Shown in pieces: positions 61,015 to 64,000 of a DNA stretch of 64,000 bases. Below the pieces are notes generated by a model that saw only the letters and a list, made by a program, of their open reading frames with translations, made no database searches and was not told the origin of the DNA. The first letter of the stretch is position 1; every line of letters begins with the position of its first letter. Where the stretch lies: assembly GCA_964016885.1 (NCBI GenBank), contig OZ024755.1, positions 42,098,001 to 42,162,000 of the forward strand. Reading direction: 5' to 3'. This DNA comes from Eledone cirrhosa (taxonomy: Eukaryota). A program made the position numbers and the translations under genes.

Positions 61015-61530
61015 TTATGATTCTTCAAGAATGAGTTTACCACTAACTGAAAAGTAAGCTTTAATTTTGTGTGGATCACTTGTTTTCGGAATAACAACTT
61101 CCTTGTTGAACTCTTTAGAAGTAGTTCGACCTGCCACCGTTTCTTCACGTCTGGCTTTGATTGTAATCTTTTGGTTTTGAGTACTAATTTGAACGTCATC
61201 TGGTTGAAAATTCGACACGTCAATTTCCATTCTGAATTTCTCGTTACTACTTTCGTAATCTCGTCGTGGCAAACGTGGCGAGATTCTCTCAGGGTGGTGC
61301 ATATTAATGTTTAGTAAACGTGTTGGACTGCTATTCACTATTGAAGGAAATTCTTCGTCGAAATTGATGTAATTTGGCGGCGCCACCAGCGCTTCTGTAG
61401 TCAAGTAGCCATCTGAAGATAAGACACATTTCATGCTTTTCAAGTCAATTTTCGTGGGTAGGCTCACTTTACGACTGTACTCTATCGTTTCTGTAGAATC
61501 ACCATCTTTTTTTTCATGCTTGGCGTGAAC
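61015..61530 (-). CDS. Terminal exon of a small heat-shock protein (HSP20/alpha-crystallin family) with tandem alpha-crystallin domains
   Basis: Polypyrimidine tract plus AG acceptor (61532-61531), then in-frame VHAKHEKKDGDSTETIEYSRKVSLP..IDLKSMKCVLSSDGYLTTEA (end of one domain), a linker, FRMEIDVSNFQPDDVQI...ITIKARREE...KEFNKEVVIP...DPHKIKAYFSVSGKLILE (second domain), TAA; upstream exons not found in the window. Confidence 0.9.
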   Translation of the reverse strand, partial: VHAKHEKKDGDSTETIEYSRKVSLPTKIDLKSMKCVLSSDGYLTTEALVAPPNYINFDEEFPSIVNSSPTRLLNINMHHPERISPRLPRRDYESSNEKFRMEIDVSNFQPDDVQISTQNQKITIKARREETVAGRTTSKEFNKEVVIPKTSDPHKIKAYFSVSGKLILEES

Positions 61531-61939
61531 CTTAGAAAAAGAAAAAGAAATTGTCTGGTGAAAACAATTAAGATTTCATGGATTGGAGAGGGTAATAGGA
61601 TAGAGAGAGTGGTAGGAGTAGAGAGCGGTAGGAGTAGAGGGAGAGAGAGAGAGTGGCCAGTAATGAATGTTATGAAAAGAAATGTGAAGGGTGAGATATT
61701 GAGGAATGATGTTTGGGTGAGAGGAGAGAGAGAAATAAATCTAGCATGTAGGGGAGAAAGGAGAAGACCAAGAAAGATATAGAGATGAGGAAATGAAAGC
61801 CAGGCAGACGATAAGTCAGAGTGCAGATTCCATGGGCTCACCAGGCTACCTCCAGCTTTAGCGGCGAAAGTTTCGCGGAAATCCTTGTTGCATTCTTACA
61901 AATTATTAGATATAACACTTTTCTATCTTAAAGAGTTTA

Positions 61940-63880
61940 TAGTGTTTACATCTGTGAGAGACTAGATGATAGTGTTTACATCTGTGAGACCAGATGAGAG
62001 TGTTTACATCTGTGAGACCAGATGATACTGTTTACATCTGTGAGAAAAACCTACTACAGTCAGTAGGCATCTCTATCAAAACACCCCCCCGTCCCACCAC
62101 CTCCACCCCATCCACACCGCCCCTTTCAATGTACAGTTATGTTGGTCCCACAACACAACATCCAGGCCGAAACAAATGAGATCGTGTAGGTGTCACGACA
62201 AAAAAACACACAGTCCACGCTGTAAATGTGGCCGTGTAGGCAACACGGTAAAAACCTCCCAGCCCCACACTGTAAATGTGGTTGGTGTTAGGAAGGGCAT
62301 CCAGCTGTAGAAAACCCGCCAGACAGTCCATGCTGTAATGTGGCCGTGTAGGCAACACGGTAAAAACCTCCCAGCCCCACACTGTAAATGTGGTTGGTGT
62401 TAGGAAGGGCATCCAGCTGTAGAAAACCCGCCAGACAGTCCACGCTGTAATGTGGCCGTGTAGGCAACACGGTAAAAACCTCCCAGCCCCACACTGTAAA
62501 TGTGGTTGGTGTTAGGAAGGGCATCCAACTGTAGAAAACCCGCCAGACAGTCCTATGCGAGCAAGACAACCACTCTTGCCTCAAGTGGGAAAACCCCCGT
62601 CCAAACCCATGCAAGCGTGGAACACGGACGCTAAACCTGATGATGATGATGATGATGATGAGACCAGATGATACTGTTTACATCTGTGAGACCAGATGAT
62701 AGTGTTTACTTCTGTGAGACCAGATGATAGTGTTTACAACGTGTGAGAGACCAGATGATAGTGTTTACATCTGTGAGAGACCAGATGATACTTTTTACAT
62801 CTGTGAGACCAGATGAGAGTGTTTACATCTGTGAGACCAGATCATAGTGTTTACTTCTGTGAGACCAGATCATAGTGTTTACTTCTGTGAGACCAGATGA
62901 TAGTGTTTACAACATGTGAGAGACCAGATGATAGTGTTTACATCTGTGAGAGACCAGATGATGCTGTTTACATCTGTGAGACCAGATGATACTGTTTACA
63001 TCTGTGAGACCAGATGATAGTGTTTACTTCTGTGAGACCAGATGATAGTGTTTACAACATGTGAGAGACCAGATGATAGTGTTTGCATCTGTGAGAGACC
63101 AGATGATACTGTTTACATCTGTGAGACCAGATGAGAGTGTTTACATCTGTGAGACCAGATCATAGTGTTTACATCTGTGAGACCAGATCATAGTGTTTAT
63201 ATTTGTGAGACCAGATGATTGTGTTTACATCTGTGAGACCAGATCATAGTGTTTACATCTGTGAGACCAGATCATAGCGTTTATAACATCTGTGAGAGAC
63301 CAGATGATACTGTTTACATCTGTGAGAGACCAGATGATAGTGTTTACATCTGTGAGAGATCAGATGATACTGTTTACATCTGTGAGAGACCAGATGATTG
63401 TGTTTACATCTGTGAGACCAGATCATAGTGTTTACAACATCTGTTGGAGACCAGATGATAGTGTTTACATCTGTCAGACCAGATCATAGTGTTTACATCT
63501 GTGAGACCAGATCATAGTATTTGTAACATCTGTGAGAGATCAGATGATTCTGTTTACATCTGTGAGAGACCAGATGATAGTGTTTACATCTGTGAGAGAT
63601 CAGATGATACTGTTTACATCTATGAGAGATCAGATGATAGTGTTTACAACATCTGTGAGAGACCAGATAATAGTGTTTACATCTGTGTGACTAGATCATA
63701 GTGTTTACAACATCTGTGAGAGACCAGATGATAGTGTTTACATCTGTGAGAGATCAGATGATACTGTTTACATCTGTGAGAGACCAGATAATAGTGTTTA
63801 CATCTGTGAGACTAGATCATAGTGTTTACAACATCTGTGAGAGACCAGATGATAGTGTTTACATCTGTGAGAGACCAGAC
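61940..63880. repeat. 28/30-bp minisatellite in the presumed sHSP intron, interrupted by a SINE
   Basis: TGAGA(GA)CCAGATGATAGTGTTTACATCTG; internal inverted repeat CAGATG/CATCTG. Confidence 0.96.
62045..62660 (+). mobile_element. SINE with RTE-type (GAT)n tail and an internal 112-bp triplication
   Basis: GGTTGGTGTTAGGAAGGGCATCCAGCTGTAGAAA three times; ends CCCATGCAAGCGTGGAACACGGACGCTAAAC then (TGA)n; TGAGA at both junctions. Confidence 0.8.
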
Positions 63881-64000
63881 CTCGGGTGCTTCTATGTTTA
63901 TGTCGTTTCTCTTTTCATTTATTCGTTGTCTATGTCCCATAAAAGAGTGCTACGATAAAATGATAAAATAATGACTAGGCTTGAAAGAAATATCCAATAG

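Overview
Repeat-dominated eukaryotic DNA, not prokaryotic. The recurring tRNA-derived SINE families and (TA)n/(CA)n microsatellites resemble an octopod cephalopod genome (inferred from recalled repeat sequences). About half of the window is tandem repeat: a 33/40-bp array (1-1.8 kb), a 22.5-kb G-rich 20-bp satellite with higher-order duplications (7.2-29.6 kb), and 39-, 29-, 33-, 36/39- and 28/30-bp arrays. Most long ORFs in the track are artefacts of these arrays. The rest is decayed retroelements: three RTE-clade LINE families (one 5'-inverted, one GC-rich and SR2-like), four Penelope-like element (PLE) bodies with GIY-YIG endonuclease, several PLE stubs stacked in (TA)n tracts, and many SINEs. 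The only host coding sequence I recognise is a minus-strand terminal exon (61015-61530) of a small heat-shock protein with tandem alpha-crystallin domains. The main hidden signal is five hand-foldable type I hammerhead ribozyme motifs (5209-5273 +; 40128-40190, 41056-41106, 41641-41759, 51911-51950 -). They include a U3-A8 compensatory core, one with a large stem II insertion, and one in a structured, non-coding, repeat-bounded retrozyme-like unit. All folds and family assignments are by eye and untested; element boundaries are approximate.
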